Positions 16,445-26,204 of a DNA stretch of 28,430 bases are shown piece by piece (position 1 is the first letter of the stretch; each line of letters starts with the position of its first letter). This stretch comes from Elusimicrobiota bacterium (GTDB taxonomy: Bacteria; Elusimicrobiota; Elusimicrobia; Elusimicrobiales; UBA9959): contig DAIENX010000031.1 of assembly GCA_027340875.1 (NCBI GenBank), positions 1 through 28,430 of the forward strand, read 5' to 3'. Under the pieces are notes generated by a model. It searched no databases. It was not told the origin of the DNA and saw only the letters and a program-made list of their open reading frames with translations. The position numbers were made by a program, and so were the translations under genes.

Positions 16445-17325
16445 TGCCGACGCTGCCGGACTGGATACTCAGGGAAGCGCGCAGGAACAAGGCCGGCCTG
16501 CGCGGCTCCTCGGCCGCCGGCACGGCCGCGCGCCTTTCCCAACTCTCCCTGCACACCGTCTGCGACGAGGCCCGCTGCCCGAACAAGGGCAAGTGCTTCT
16601 CCGACGGGGAGGCCACGTTCCTGATACTAGGCGACATCTGCACGCGCGGCTGCGCCTTCTGCGCCGTCAAGAAGGACAGGCCCCTGCCGCCGGACCCCGG
16701 CGAGCCCCGCCGCGCGGCCGAGCTCTGCCGCGAGTGGGAACTCAAATACGTCGTCTTCACCTCGCCGACCAGGGACGACATGCCGGACGGCGGCGCCGCG
16801 CATTTCGCCGAGACGAACCGTCTGATAAAGGAGCTCTCCCCGGGCATACGAACCGAGCCCCTCATACCCGATCTCCAGGGGAACTTGAAGGCGCTCGAGA
16901 CCGTTCTGGCCTCGGAGCCGGACGTGCTGGGGCACAACCTGGAGATGGTCTCCGGCCTCTACGCCGGGGCCAGGGCCGGCGCCGACTATTCCCGCTCGCT
17001 GGCCGTTATCTCCAATTCCAAGCGCCTCAGGCCCGATATCCTGACCAAGTCCGGCATCATGCTCGGCCTCGGCGAGAGCGCTGAGGAGCTGCAGCGCGCC
17101 ATTGGCGACCTGGCCGGGGCCGGCTGCGACCTGCTGACGCTGGGCCAATATCTCGCGCCGTCAAAAAACCACAGGCCGGTAGCGAGGTATTACACGGAGG
17201 AGGAGTTCGCCTTCTGGGCGGACAAGGCCAGGGCCGCCGGCTTCAAAGCCGTCATGTCCGGCCCGCTGGTGCGCAGCTCCTACCGCGCGAGCTCGCTCTA
17301 CGAGGAGGCCCATGCGGGGCATTGA
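16444..17325 (+). CDS. lipA: Lipoyl synthase
   Basis: CDEARCPNKGKC (CX4CX5C), CTRGCAFC radical SAM motif, HNLE, GPLVRSSY. Confidence 0.96.
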   Translation: MPTLPDWILREARRNKAGLRGSSAAGTAARLSQLSLHTVCDEARCPNKGKCFSDGEATFLILGDICTRGCAFCAVKKDRPLPPDPGEPRRAAELCREWELKYVVFTSPTRDDMPDGGAAHFAETNRLIKELSPGIRTEPLIPDLQGNLKALETVLASEPDVLGHNLEMVSGLYAGARAGADYSRSLAVISNSKRLRPDILTKSGIMLGLGESAEELQRAIGDLAGAGCDLLTLGQYLAPSKNHRPVARYYTEEEFAFWADKARAAGFKAVMSGPLVRSSYRASSLYEEAHAGH

Positions 17326-18016
17326 GATGGACAGGGCCGCCGTGTCCTGGTTCACCAGGGCCTGGGACGATTACGTCTCCCGCTTGCCGCTGGTGCTAGC
17401 CGTAGCGCTCACGCAGGCCGCGCTTTCCGCCGGCACCTTCCTGATAATAAGCCGCACGCACACCATGCTGACCGCGCTTCCCTACATGGCGCTGGTCATC
17501 ACTCCGGTAACTGTCGGAGCGAACCTCGTCTACATAAAGATAGCCCGGGGGGCCGGCGGCGGCTACGGCGACCTCTTCAGCGCGTTCCCGGTCTATCACC
17601 GGGCCATCGCGGTCAGCTTCCTGCTGGGGCTGGCGACCACCGGCGGCGCGCTGCTGCTGGTGCTGCCAGGCGTGATCGTCTATCTCACGTACATGTTCTC
17701 GGAATACGCCGTGGTCGACCTGCGCACCGGCATCAAGGACTCCTTCGCCATGAGCGCGGCGGCTACCGACGGCTGGAAAGTCCGCCTGTTCCCTCTGCTG
17801 ATGGTCACCGCCGCCATAAACTTCATAGTCCCGGACATCTACGTCGTGAAGGGCTTCCGTCACTCCCAGACCTCGCTGGACCTCAGGCCCTGGACGGTGG
17901 CCGCCTCCGTCCTTAAGGACCTGGTGTTCCTGCCGTGGCTGAGCATGACGGGCGCCAGGGCCTACGCCTTCCTCATCCCCGCCGCGCTGAGGACGGCGCG
18001 GGCAGGGGGAGAATGA
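17312..18016 (+). CDS. Hypothetical integral membrane protein (DUF975-like)
   Basis: Several hydrophobic helices; GALLLVLPGVIV pattern; GAGGAGG before ATG 17312; alternative start 17327. Confidence 0.75.
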   Translation: MRGIEMDRAAVSWFTRAWDDYVSRLPLVLAVALTQAALSAGTFLIISRTHTMLTALPYMALVITPVTVGANLVYIKIARGAGGGYGDLFSAFPVYHRAIAVSFLLGLATTGGALLLVLPGVIVYLTYMFSEYAVVDLRTGIKDSFAMSAAATDGWKVRLFPLLMVTAAINFIVPDIYVVKGFRHSQTSLDLRPWTVAASVLKDLVFLPWLSMTGARAYAFLIPAALRTARAGGE

Positions 18017-19224
18017 GCGTCCGGGCCGTATTCTATTACAGCCGGGAGAACCGCAGCAGCATCAATGCCCTCGCTGCGGCGCTGGAGCGCCACAGGAGCG
18101 CCGGAGTAACGGCCCTGTTCCCGGCCACGCCGCGCGGTATGGCCGCCGCCCTGCGCAAGACCGCGGCCGAAGGCCTGCGGGCGGCCGCATGCTTCTCTTT
18201 CTTTTCCTGCCAGCGCGATTCCACCGCGGAGATAGTCGGAAAACTGCGGAGGGAAGCTCCTGACGCTATCTTCATAGCCGGGGGCCCGCATACCAGCGCC
18301 CTGCCCGAGGACGCGCTCTCCATAGGCTTCGATTATGCCGTTGCCGGAGAGGGGGAGAACGTCCTGCCGCCGCTGCTGGCCGCCATCGGGGCCGGCAACA
18401 GGCCGGCCGGCCGCGTCATAAAAGGCACCCGGGCCGACCTCTCGGCCTTCCCGGCGCTCTCGCCGGGCTACGGGCTGTTCGGCCCTATCGAGATCACCCG
18501 CGGCTGCCCTTACGCCTGCACCTACTGCCAGACCTCCTTCCTTTTCGGGGCCAGGCCGCGCCACCGGCCGCTGGAGCAGATACTGGCGATGATGAGCCTC
18601 ATGTTCTCACGCGGCCTGCACGACATCCGGTTCATAACTCCGGACGCCTTCGCCTACGGTTCTTCCGACGGCCGCAGGCTGGACCTGCCCGCCCTTACCG
18701 AGTTCATGCGCCGCGCAGGGGAACTGGCGGACAGGAGAGGGGGCAGGATCTTCGTGGGCTCGTTCCCGTCAGAAGTGCGCCCCGACCACGTCACCCCGGA
18801 AACACTGGGGCTGGTGAAGAAGTACGCCGCCAACCGCCGCCTTATAATCGGCGCGCAGACGGCCAGCCCGCGAGCGCTCGGCGCGGTAAGGCGCGGCCAC
18901 GGCCCGGAGGAGATATACTCCGCGGCCAGGCTCTGCAAGGAATTCCACATAACCCCGTACCTGGATTTCATCTTCGGCCTGCCGGGCGAGACGGCTGAGG
19001 ACGAGGACGCCTCGATGGAGATGATCTCGCGCCTTTCGGCGCTCGGCGCGATGATACATACCCATGCCTTCATGCCGCTGCCCGGAACCCCGCTGGCCGG
19101 GGCCACCGGGGCCAGGATAAGCCCGAGGATACGCCGCTTCCTGCAGGGGATGGAATCCAGGGGCAAGGCCTTCGGCAAGTGGCGAGCCCAGCTCCTGGCG
19201 CCGCGGCACTGGAAGGTTGACTAA
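18013..19224 (+). CDS. B12-binding domain / radical SAM protein (TIGR04013-like)
   Basis: ATG 18013 overlaps the upstream stop; AGGPH and GEGE cobalamin-domain motifs; PIEITRGCPYACTYC; GSFPSEVRP; DFIFGLPGE. Confidence 0.9.
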   Translation: MSVRAVFYYSRENRSSINALAAALERHRSAGVTALFPATPRGMAAALRKTAAEGLRAAACFSFFSCQRDSTAEIVGKLRREAPDAIFIAGGPHTSALPEDALSIGFDYAVAGEGENVLPPLLAAIGAGNRPAGRVIKGTRADLSAFPALSPGYGLFGPIEITRGCPYACTYCQTSFLFGARPRHRPLEQILAMMSLMFSRGLHDIRFITPDAFAYGSSDGRRLDLPALTEFMRRAGELADRRGGRIFVGSFPSEVRPDHVTPETLGLVKKYAANRRLIIGAQTASPRALGAVRRGHGPEEIYSAARLCKEFHITPYLDFIFGLPGETAEDEDASMEMISRLSALGAMIHTHAFMPLPGTPLAGATGARISPRIRRFLQGMESRGKAFGKWRAQLLAPRHWKVD

Positions 19225-19328
19225 GATCATAGGCCTTATGTCCTAGGCCGGACACGGACCTTCAGCCCTTTTTCGCGCCGGACTTAAAATATAAAATTAG
19301 GATAACATAGCAGCGCAGGAGGCATTTA

Positions 19329-20192
19329 ATGAAGAAATTAGCGATAGCTGCGGCGGCCATTTTCAGCGCCGGCGCCCTCTACGCGACGGAGCTCAACGGT
19401 ATCTCCGCCGCCGACATCAAGGTCCCCGCTTCCGCGGTCCCGGCCCCGGTGCTCAGCCTGGAGAACGGCGAGAAATGCGGCCATTACTCCGGCGAGATAA
19501 CCACCAACATGCATCTTTACGCGCAGGCCTCCAAGAGCCAGCTCTTAACCTACGCCAAGACCGAGGCCGAGTTCAAGGAGTTCGTCTCCTTCTGGACCCC
19601 CATCATCGGCAAGTTCGGGATGAAGGTCCTCTCCACCGAGTACAAGAACGAGTTCGGCGTCCTGAAGTACGAATCCGCCGACGGCCGCGTGATCCGGATG
19701 TTCAACGGCGACGGCATGAACTACGACGCCCTCAGCCAGGAGGCCATGAAGAAGGAGCAGCACATGCTGCTCGAGGCCCTCGAGCAGAAGGAGATGACCC
19801 CGGTGGCCGCGTTCATGATCAAGAACGACGTCTTCCGCCCCACTTTCAACGTCTACTACCTGACGCAGCCCGATGCGAACGAGGACCACGAGGTCCAGCT
19901 GCGCCAGCTCAAGAACGGCGACGACATCGACTTCGACCTGCTGACCGGCAAGGTCGCGCTGGTGGAGAAGGACGCCTCCTTCTCGATGGTCTATATCGGC
20001 AAGCTGCTAGGCTTCAAGTCGAAGATAGCGGCCGACGAGGCCGGCATAGCCCAGAAGCTCGCCGACTACAAGAAGTTCCTGGCCGACAACAAGAAGGAGT
20101 TCATCGCCTCCAGGACCTACAAGCTGGACGAGCCCTTCACCGTGGGGGACCAGACGTACAACTACGTGGCGAACATCTACTTCTTCCAGTAA
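19329..20192 (+). CDS. Secreted hypothetical protein
   Basis: AGGAGG RBS, signal peptide MKKLAIAAAAIFSAGALYA, strong C/G third-position codon bias, own terminator. Confidence 0.85.
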   Translation: MKKLAIAAAAIFSAGALYATELNGISAADIKVPASAVPAPVLSLENGEKCGHYSGEITTNMHLYAQASKSQLLTYAKTEAEFKEFVSFWTPIIGKFGMKVLSTEYKNEFGVLKYESADGRVIRMFNGDGMNYDALSQEAMKKEQHMLLEALEQKEMTPVAAFMIKNDVFRPTFNVYYLTQPDANEDHEVQLRQLKNGDDIDFDLLTGKVALVEKDASFSMVYIGKLLGFKSKIAADEAGIAQKLADYKKFLADNKKEFIASRTYKLDEPFTVGDQTYNYVANIYFFQ

Positions 20193-20209
20193 ACTCACCC
20201 AGCAGCATC

Positions 20210-20240
20210 AAAAAACCGCCGGCAAAACCGGCGGTTTTTT
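20210..20240 (+). terminator. Rho-independent terminator (potentially bidirectional)
   Basis: AAAAAACCGCCGG-CAAAA-CCGGCGGTTTTTT. Confidence 0.9.
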
Positions 20241-20260
20241 CGTATGTACTCAACAGGCTA

Positions 20261-20289
20261 TTGACCGTACCGGAGATATATATTAACCT
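20261..20289 (+). promoter_or_regulatory. Putative sigma-70 promoter for the kinase operon
   Basis: TTGACC (20261-20266), 17-nt spacer, TAACCT (20284-20289). Confidence 0.55.
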
Positions 20290-20373
20290 TGAGGTGGGGA
20301 AGGAAGTTCTCATCGTAACGTTTCGGTGACCGCGCAGGCCGCGGTCTTCTGATTTTGAAAAACCGGGGGGGAT

Positions 20374-22182
20374 ATGCCGGGGGTCACCCGAGCCATAAAG
20401 GTGCTGCTTGTCGAGGATAATCCTCACGACGCCAAGGTCGTGGAGAACCTCCTCAACTCGGCGGTGCCGCCCCAGTTCGAGCTGTCCGAAGCCGGCTCCC
20501 TGGAGCAGGCGTGCGCCAGGGACGAAGCGGAAAGGGCGGACGTCATACTGCTCGACCTGAACCTGCCCGACTCTTTCGGCGCCAAGACGCTGATCTCCGC
20601 CCGGGAGATGTTCCAGGGGCGCCCCATCATAGTGATGACCGGACGCTACGAGAAGATGCTGGGCGTACAGCTGGTGAAGAAAGGGGCCCAGGACTATATA
20701 GTCAAGGGAGCGCTGACGGCTCCCAGCCTCTCCTACTCGATACGCTTCGCGATAGAGCGGGCCCGCAACGAGGCGCGGATAACGCAGGTCGAGACCAGCC
20801 TGCGCGCGCTGCTGGAGAAGCTTCCGGATGGCATAATCGTCGTCCGGGGAGGCGGGGTAGTCGCCTTCGCCAACCTGAGCGCCCAACGCCTGACCGGAAG
20901 GGAACTCGACAATATCCTTTCCTCTCCGTACGCGCTGCCGCCGGCAACGGACGGTCCGGTCGAACTGGACCTGCTGCGGCAGGACGGCAGAAAAGTCCCT
21001 TTGCAGATACGCGAAGCCGAGATAGACTGGGCCGGCGAGCGCAGCCGCCTGGTGATACTGCACGACTTGACCGCCAGGCGCGAGCTGGAGTACAACAGGG
21101 GGGAGTTCATCTCCCGCGTTTCGCATGAGCTGCGTTCTCCGCTGACCATAGTGCGGGAGTCCATGGACCTGATCTACGACGGCAGCACCGGGCCCGTATC
21201 ACAGCAGCAGAAGGAACTGCTCCGGATGGGTCTCGACAACGTGACCAGGCTGAACGGCCTTATCGACTCGCTGCTGGACATCACCAAAATGGAGGCCGGC
21301 GTGATGCCTATGGACGTGGCGGAGACCGACCTGCGCGCCCTGCTGGCCTCCACGGCCGAAGACTACGTCCGGCTGGCAGCGGAAAGGAGCGTCAAGCTGG
21401 ACAGGCTGCTCCCGGCCGGACCGATGACGGCCTACTGCGACGCCAACAAGCTGCGGCAGGTCCTGGACAATCTGGTCTCCAACGCCATCAAGTTCACGCC
21501 CGAAGCCGGGAAGATCACGCTTTCGCTGTCACCCATGGAAGGGCAGGCGCTCTTCTGCGTGGAGAACACGGGCCCCGGCATACAGCCGGAGGACCTGCCG
21601 AAGCTGTTCGGTAAGTTCACGCAGCTGAACAACACCGGCGCGGCCGGAATAAAGGGGACCGGGCTGGGGCTGGCCATAAGCCGCGGCATAATGGAGATGC
21701 ACGGAGGGAGCATCTGGGCCGAGAGCGAGCCCGGAGGCTGGTGCAAGTTCTTCGCCTTGCTGCCGCTCCGCTCCTTCTCGGATTCGGCCCGCCTGCTGGT
21801 CAGGCGGGAACTGGCCGCGGCCTCGCCAAAGAAACGTTTCTGCGCGCTGGCCCTGGCGCTCCCAGAGAACGTGCGGATATCGGCGGAGAGCTCCCACGAG
21901 AAGAGCGGCGGCGTGTGCGCCTCGATAAAGAACTCGCTTCGGAGTTCGCACGCCCGAGTGACCGGCGGAGAGTGGGACCTGCTGGTCTTCCTGCCGGACT
22001 GCGGCACAAAGGAGTCGGCCAAGGCCATGGCCTTCGTGCAGGGAGCGCTGGAGAAGGCAGGGGGCATAAGCCCCCAGGAAGCGTCCTCAAGAATAATCAC
22101 CCTGCTGTACCCGGACGATTTCACGGACGAGGACGGTTTCATCGCGGCGCTGCGCGCCGCGAGGGAGAGGATATATGCCTAG
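20374..22182 (+). CDS. Cytoplasmic hybrid sensor histidine kinase (REC-PAS-HisKA-HATPase plus C-terminal extension)
   Basis: VLLVEDN...ILLDLNLPD receiver; PAS-like LEKLPDGIIVV; SHELRSPL H-box; NLVSNAIKFT; GTGLGLAI. Confidence 0.93.
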   Translation: MPGVTRAIKVLLVEDNPHDAKVVENLLNSAVPPQFELSEAGSLEQACARDEAERADVILLDLNLPDSFGAKTLISAREMFQGRPIIVMTGRYEKMLGVQLVKKGAQDYIVKGALTAPSLSYSIRFAIERARNEARITQVETSLRALLEKLPDGIIVVRGGGVVAFANLSAQRLTGRELDNILSSPYALPPATDGPVELDLLRQDGRKVPLQIREAEIDWAGERSRLVILHDLTARRELEYNRGEFISRVSHELRSPLTIVRESMDLIYDGSTGPVSQQQKELLRMGLDNVTRLNGLIDSLLDITKMEAGVMPMDVAETDLRALLASTAEDYVRLAAERSVKLDRLLPAGPMTAYCDANKLRQVLDNLVSNAIKFTPEAGKITLSLSPMEGQALFCVENTGPGIQPEDLPKLFGKFTQLNNTGAAGIKGTGLGLAISRGIMEMHGGSIWAESEPGGWCKFFALLPLRSFSDSARLLVRRELAAASPKKRFCALALALPENVRISAESSHEKSGGVCASIKNSLRSSHARVTGGEWDLLVFLPDCGTKESAKAMAFVQGALEKAGGISPQEASSRIITLLYPDDFTDEDGFIAALRAARERIYA

Positions 22183-22531
22183 GATACTGCTGATAGAGGA
22201 CGAGCCGCAGCACGCCGCGCTGGTCAAGATGCGCCTCGAGGCCAACGGCATGCAGGTCTCCTGCTCCCGTACCGCCGCCGCGGGAGTGGCCTCGGCCCAG
22301 AAGGACCGTCCGGACCTCGTCCTGCTGGACCTGCTCCTGCCGGACATGCGTCCGGAAGAGGCCGTAAAAGCTATAACCAGGGCAGCTGACAGCCCTATAC
22401 TGGCGTTTACCGCGCTGGACCTTGCCGAGATCCACCGCAGGCGGCTGGACACCCAGGTCGCCGGGATAGTGACAAAGCCGTATGACCCGGCCGTGCTGGT
22501 GAGCGAGATACTTCGGCTGACCAGGAAGTGA
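22175..22531 (+). CDS. Single-domain response regulator (CheY-like receiver)
   Basis: ILLIEDE, PDLVLLDLLLPD, FTA, TKPYD; overlaps the kinase end. Confidence 0.9.
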   Translation: MPRILLIEDEPQHAALVKMRLEANGMQVSCSRTAAAGVASAQKDRPDLVLLDLLLPDMRPEEAVKAITRAADSPILAFTALDLAEIHRRRLDTQVAGIVTKPYDPAVLVSEILRLTRK

Positions 22532-23089
22532 TCAGAGCCCCAGCTCGCCGGAGATGCCGCGCATAGCGGCCAGCGCCAGCTCCACGAACTCCTCGAGCCT
22601 GAGCCCCAGACGCTCGCATTCCATGATTATGGACCTGTCCACCGAGGCGGCGAAGCGCTTGTCCTTCATGCGCTTGACCACCGAGGAGGCCTTCACGCCG
22701 GCAAGCTTCCGGTCCGGGTAGACCAGCGCCGTGGCCGTTATCAGGCCGGTGACGGTCTCAGCGGCCGCCAGAGCGTTATGGAACTGTTCGGAACGCTTCC
22801 TGCCGCCGTGGGCCGCCTCGTTGTGCAGCTTGACCGCCTCTATCAGATGCTCAGGCAGGCCGCTCTCGCGCAGTATCCTTTCCGCCTCGTGGGTGTGCCG
22901 CGAGATGTCCCCGGCGGTCAGCTCCACGTCCACATCGTGGAGCAGGCCGGCCAGGCCCCAGAGCTCCTGGTCCCGGCCCAGGCGCGCGGCCAGTGCCCGC
23001 ATCACGGCCTCGGAAGCCAGGCAGTGCTTGATCATGTTCTCGTTGCTCACATGCCGGCGCAGGAGCGCCAGCGCGCTGTCTCTTTGCAT
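22532..23089 (-). CDS. HD/HDIG domain metal-dependent phosphohydrolase
   Basis: KHCLASEAVMRALA, WGLAGLLHDVD, KRMKDKRFAASVDR. Confidence 0.9.
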   Translation of the reverse strand: MQRDSALALLRRHVSNENMIKHCLASEAVMRALAARLGRDQELWGLAGLLHDVDVELTAGDISRHTHEAERILRESGLPEHLIEAVKLHNEAAHGGRKRSEQFHNALAAAETVTGLITATALVYPDRKLAGVKASSVVKRMKDKRFAASVDRSIIMECERLGLRLEEFVELALAAMRGISGELGL

Positions 23090-23167
23090 ATTCCCTCCGG
23101 TGCGACCAGTAGATTATAGAATATCGGTCCGCGCCGTGAAATTTTATAGAATACTCCCGGAGGCGGA

Positions 23168-23722
23168 ATGCTGAAATACTACGCCAAAATATTCGTCGTC
23201 ACCGGGATAGTTTTCTTCCTGGGGATATTTTTCCCGGCCCTGAACATCATGCCGGCAAGACGCGCCCTGGCGGAAGCCATAGCCAACGCGATCGTATTCG
23301 CCACGGCGCTGTCGCTGATAATGGGAACGCTGCACGTGGTCAAGGCGAGGAAAGCCGCGGCCGGAGAGACCGGCAGGGACATTTACTCCGTCAGGCAGTC
23401 GCGCAGCTTCGAAAGCCCGCTTGGCAGAGACCGCCTTTTCGCGGCCGCCTCCAGCTTCCTAAAGGGGCCGCTACGCTGCGTGATAACCGAGAGCGACCCG
23501 GCCGCCGGCAGGCTGGCCGCGCACACGCCCATAGACCTGGCCACGTTCGGCAGCAGCGTCGGCGTGCGCCTTGAGGGGACGCCTGAAGGTCCGACGCTGG
23601 TCACCGTCGTCTCAAAGCCGCTGCTGTTCTTCATGCTCGCCGATTACGGCGAGAACCTCCGCATCTCCAGGGCCGTGGAACAGCAGCTGCGCGGCCTCGG
23701 CGCGGCCTCCGGACAGGGATAA
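23168..23722 (+). CDS. Hypothetical membrane protein (two N-terminal TM helices)
   Basis: GGAGG RBS; two hydrophobic segments followed by a soluble alpha/beta region. Confidence 0.78.
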   Translation: MLKYYAKIFVVTGIVFFLGIFFPALNIMPARRALAEAIANAIVFATALSLIMGTLHVVKARKAAAGETGRDIYSVRQSRSFESPLGRDRLFAAASSFLKGPLRCVITESDPAAGRLAAHTPIDLATFGSSVGVRLEGTPEGPTLVTVVSKPLLFFMLADYGENLRISRAVEQQLRGLGAASGQG

Positions 23723-23728
23723 AAGCGA

Positions 23729-23752
23729 AAGGCCGGGGACAGCCCCGGCCTT
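23729..23752. terminator. Hairpin between convergent genes
   Basis: AAGGCCGGGG-ACAG-CCCCGGCCTT; T-rich tail on the minus strand (asnS side). Confidence 0.7.
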
Positions 23753-23772
23753 CACTGCCGCTTTCCGCCGGT

Positions 23773-25170
23773 TCAGAACTCGGCGTAGCCGGGAACTCGC
23801 GGGAAGGCGGTCACGTCGCGGATGTTGGAGATGCCGGTTATCAGCATCATCATGCGCTCGAAGCCCATCCCGAAGCCGGAATGCGGCACGGATCCGAAGC
23901 GCCTAAGGTCCAGGAACCACTGATAGTCGTCCACCTTCATCCTCAGCTCGCGCATACGGGCCTCGAGGACGTCCAGTCTGTTCTCGCGCTCGCTGGCGCC
24001 GATGATCTCGCCGATACGCGGCACCAGCACGTCCATACCGCGGACGGTCCTGCCGTCGTCGTCCAGCTTCATATAGAAGGCGGCCACCTCTTTCGGCTTG
24101 TTGTGCATCATCACCGGTTTCTTGAAATAGTTCTCGACCAGGAAGCGCTCGTGCTCGCTGGCCAGGTCGACGCCCCATTTCACCTTGAGCTCGAAACGGC
24201 CGTTCTCCGGCTCCAGTATCTTCACCGCGTCCGAGTAATGCAGGCGCTCGAACCTGTTGCCGGTGATGTTCTTCAGGTTGTCCATCAGCGCCGGCTCCAC
24301 GAACTTCGCGAACAGCTCCAGGTCGGAAGGACATTTCTCTATAACGGCCCTGGTTATGGACTGCACGAAGTCCTCGGCCAGGTCCATATCGTCCTCAAGC
24401 TCGTAGAAGGCCATCTCCGGCTCTATCTGCCAGAACTCGGCGCAATGGCGGTAGGTATTGGAATTTTCGGCTCGGAACGACGGACCGAACGTGTAGATCT
24501 TGCCCAGCGCCAGGGCCAGGGCCTCGCCCTCCATCTGGCCGGAAACGCTCAGGCCGACCTTCTTGCCGAAGAGGTCCTTGGAAAAATCTATCTCCCCTGC
24601 CTCGGTCTTAGGGACGTCCTTGAGCCGGGTGAGGTCGAACGCGGTGGCCGTGAACATCTGGCCGGCCCCCTCGCAATCAGACGCGGTGAAGAGGGGGGTG
24701 TGAACGTAAGTGAAGCCGTTGCTCCGGAAGTAGTCGTGCACGGCATGCGCGAGTTCGGCGCGGACGCGCAGCATGGCCGCGTACTTGTTGGTGCGCGGAC
24801 GGAGATGCGCCACGGTGCGCAGGAACTCGTCGGAGGTCTTCTTCTTCTGTATCGGGTATTTCTCCGGGTCGCAGGGGCCGTAGATCTTGACAGCTTTTGC
24901 CCTGAGCTCCACCTTCTGGCCGGAGCCGGGAGAGGCCACCAGGTCGCCTTTTATCTCCACCGCGGTCCCGGTGGTAAGCTGCGGAAGCACCGCCGAGAAA
25001 TCCCCGTTCTCCGGAGAGAGCACCACCTGCAGGCTCTCGCGGCAAGAGCCGTCGTTGAGCTCGGCGAAGGAATGGGTCTTGGAGTCGCGGCGGGTCTTTA
25101 TCCAGCCGCGGGCGGCCGCGCCGGCGCGCGGTTCTCCCTGCAGAAGCTCTTTTATAGTCGGTGATGCCAT
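23773..25170 (-). CDS. asnS: Asparagine--tRNA ligase
   Basis: GWIKTRRDSK, LNDGS, AHLRPRTN, DCEGAG, FGPSFRAENSNT, EFWQIEPEMAF, EHERFL, VPHSGFGMGFER. Confidence 0.97.
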   Translation of the reverse strand: MASPTIKELLQGEPRAGAAARGWIKTRRDSKTHSFAELNDGSCRESLQVVLSPENGDFSAVLPQLTTGTAVEIKGDLVASPGSGQKVELRAKAVKIYGPCDPEKYPIQKKKTSDEFLRTVAHLRPRTNKYAAMLRVRAELAHAVHDYFRSNGFTYVHTPLFTASDCEGAGQMFTATAFDLTRLKDVPKTEAGEIDFSKDLFGKKVGLSVSGQMEGEALALALGKIYTFGPSFRAENSNTYRHCAEFWQIEPEMAFYELEDDMDLAEDFVQSITRAVIEKCPSDLELFAKFVEPALMDNLKNITGNRFERLHYSDAVKILEPENGRFELKVKWGVDLASEHERFLVENYFKKPVMMHNKPKEVAAFYMKLDDDGRTVRGMDVLVPRIGEIIGASERENRLDVLEARMRELRMKVDDYQWFLDLRRFGSVPHSGFGMGFERMMMLITGISNIRDVTAFPRVPGYAEF

Positions 25171-25188
25171 GTCCGCTCCAGTAAGGGG

Positions 25189-25716
25189 TTATTTCCTGCC
25201 CTTCTTCTTCTCCTCCGGGACCTGCGAAACGGCTACCAGCTCCAGCTCGCAGGTCTTATCCTCTCCGTTGTACTCCTCGAGTATATAGCCGACGCCCGGG
25301 GCGTAGTAGCGCACCGATTTGCCGGCGTCCCCGCCGCCGAGCATCGTGACCACCTTCATGCACTTGGCGAACTTGCCGGCCTTGATGGAGACCTTGTCGG
25401 AGAGGGAGATTATCTCGCTGGAGTCCGGATATTCGTCCCACTTGGCGCCCTCTTTCTGCGGCAGGGGGAACTCGCGGCGGCCGCCGATTATGACGCCGTC
25501 GGCGGTGGTCAGCCACTTCGCGTCGCGAGTTATCAGGTACTGGGTGGTATGGGAATCGCGCAGCTCGAAGATCATCCTGGCCTCGGCCACTGTCTTGGCG
25601 GCCTTCTTCTTGACGGACAGGATGTCGATGAAGACGCGGGCGGTGCCGTCGAACTCGGTGCTGGTGAACTTGTACTCGAAACGCGTCTTCTCTTTCAGCG
25701 GGAAATATTCTGCCAT
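25189..25716 (-). CDS. Hypothetical protein (beta-rich)
   Basis: AAGGAGA RBS; YFPL N-terminus and V..KAGKF..C...RYYAPGVG pattern; TAAAAT upstream on the minus strand near 25745-25750. Confidence 0.8.
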   Translation of the reverse strand: MAEYFPLKEKTRFEYKFTSTEFDGTARVFIDILSVKKKAAKTVAEARMIFELRDSHTTQYLITRDAKWLTTADGVIIGGRREFPLPQKEGAKWDEYPDSSEIISLSDKVSIKAGKFAKCMKVVTMLGGGDAGKSVRYYAPGVGYILEEYNGEDKTCELELVAVSQVPEEKKKGRK

Positions 25717-25823
25717 AGGTTCTCCTTACATCGGCCTCTTCTAAATTTTACAATTTATTCGAGAAGATATGCGGGAAAAGCGGGCACGCGGGACATGATC
25801 ATGTCCCGCTTCACGTCCACCGG

Positions 25824-25888
<65 letters not shown>

Positions 25889-26085
25889 GCCACGGATAAA
25901 CCGCATAGCGGTTTTCCGCGGCCCCGGCTCGGCGGTTGCGCTACGCAGGCAACCGCCTCCGCCCTTGCGGGCCGGACGCGGAGCATAATTCTGCTCCGCT
26001 CTTCGCCGGCCCTCACCTCGTTGCGACCGCCGGAAGCTTAGCGCCTCGTTCCCAACGAAACTCAGGACATCCATCCCGGGGACCA

Positions 26086-26196
<111 letters not shown>

Positions 26197-26204
26197 TAGA
26201 TCGG

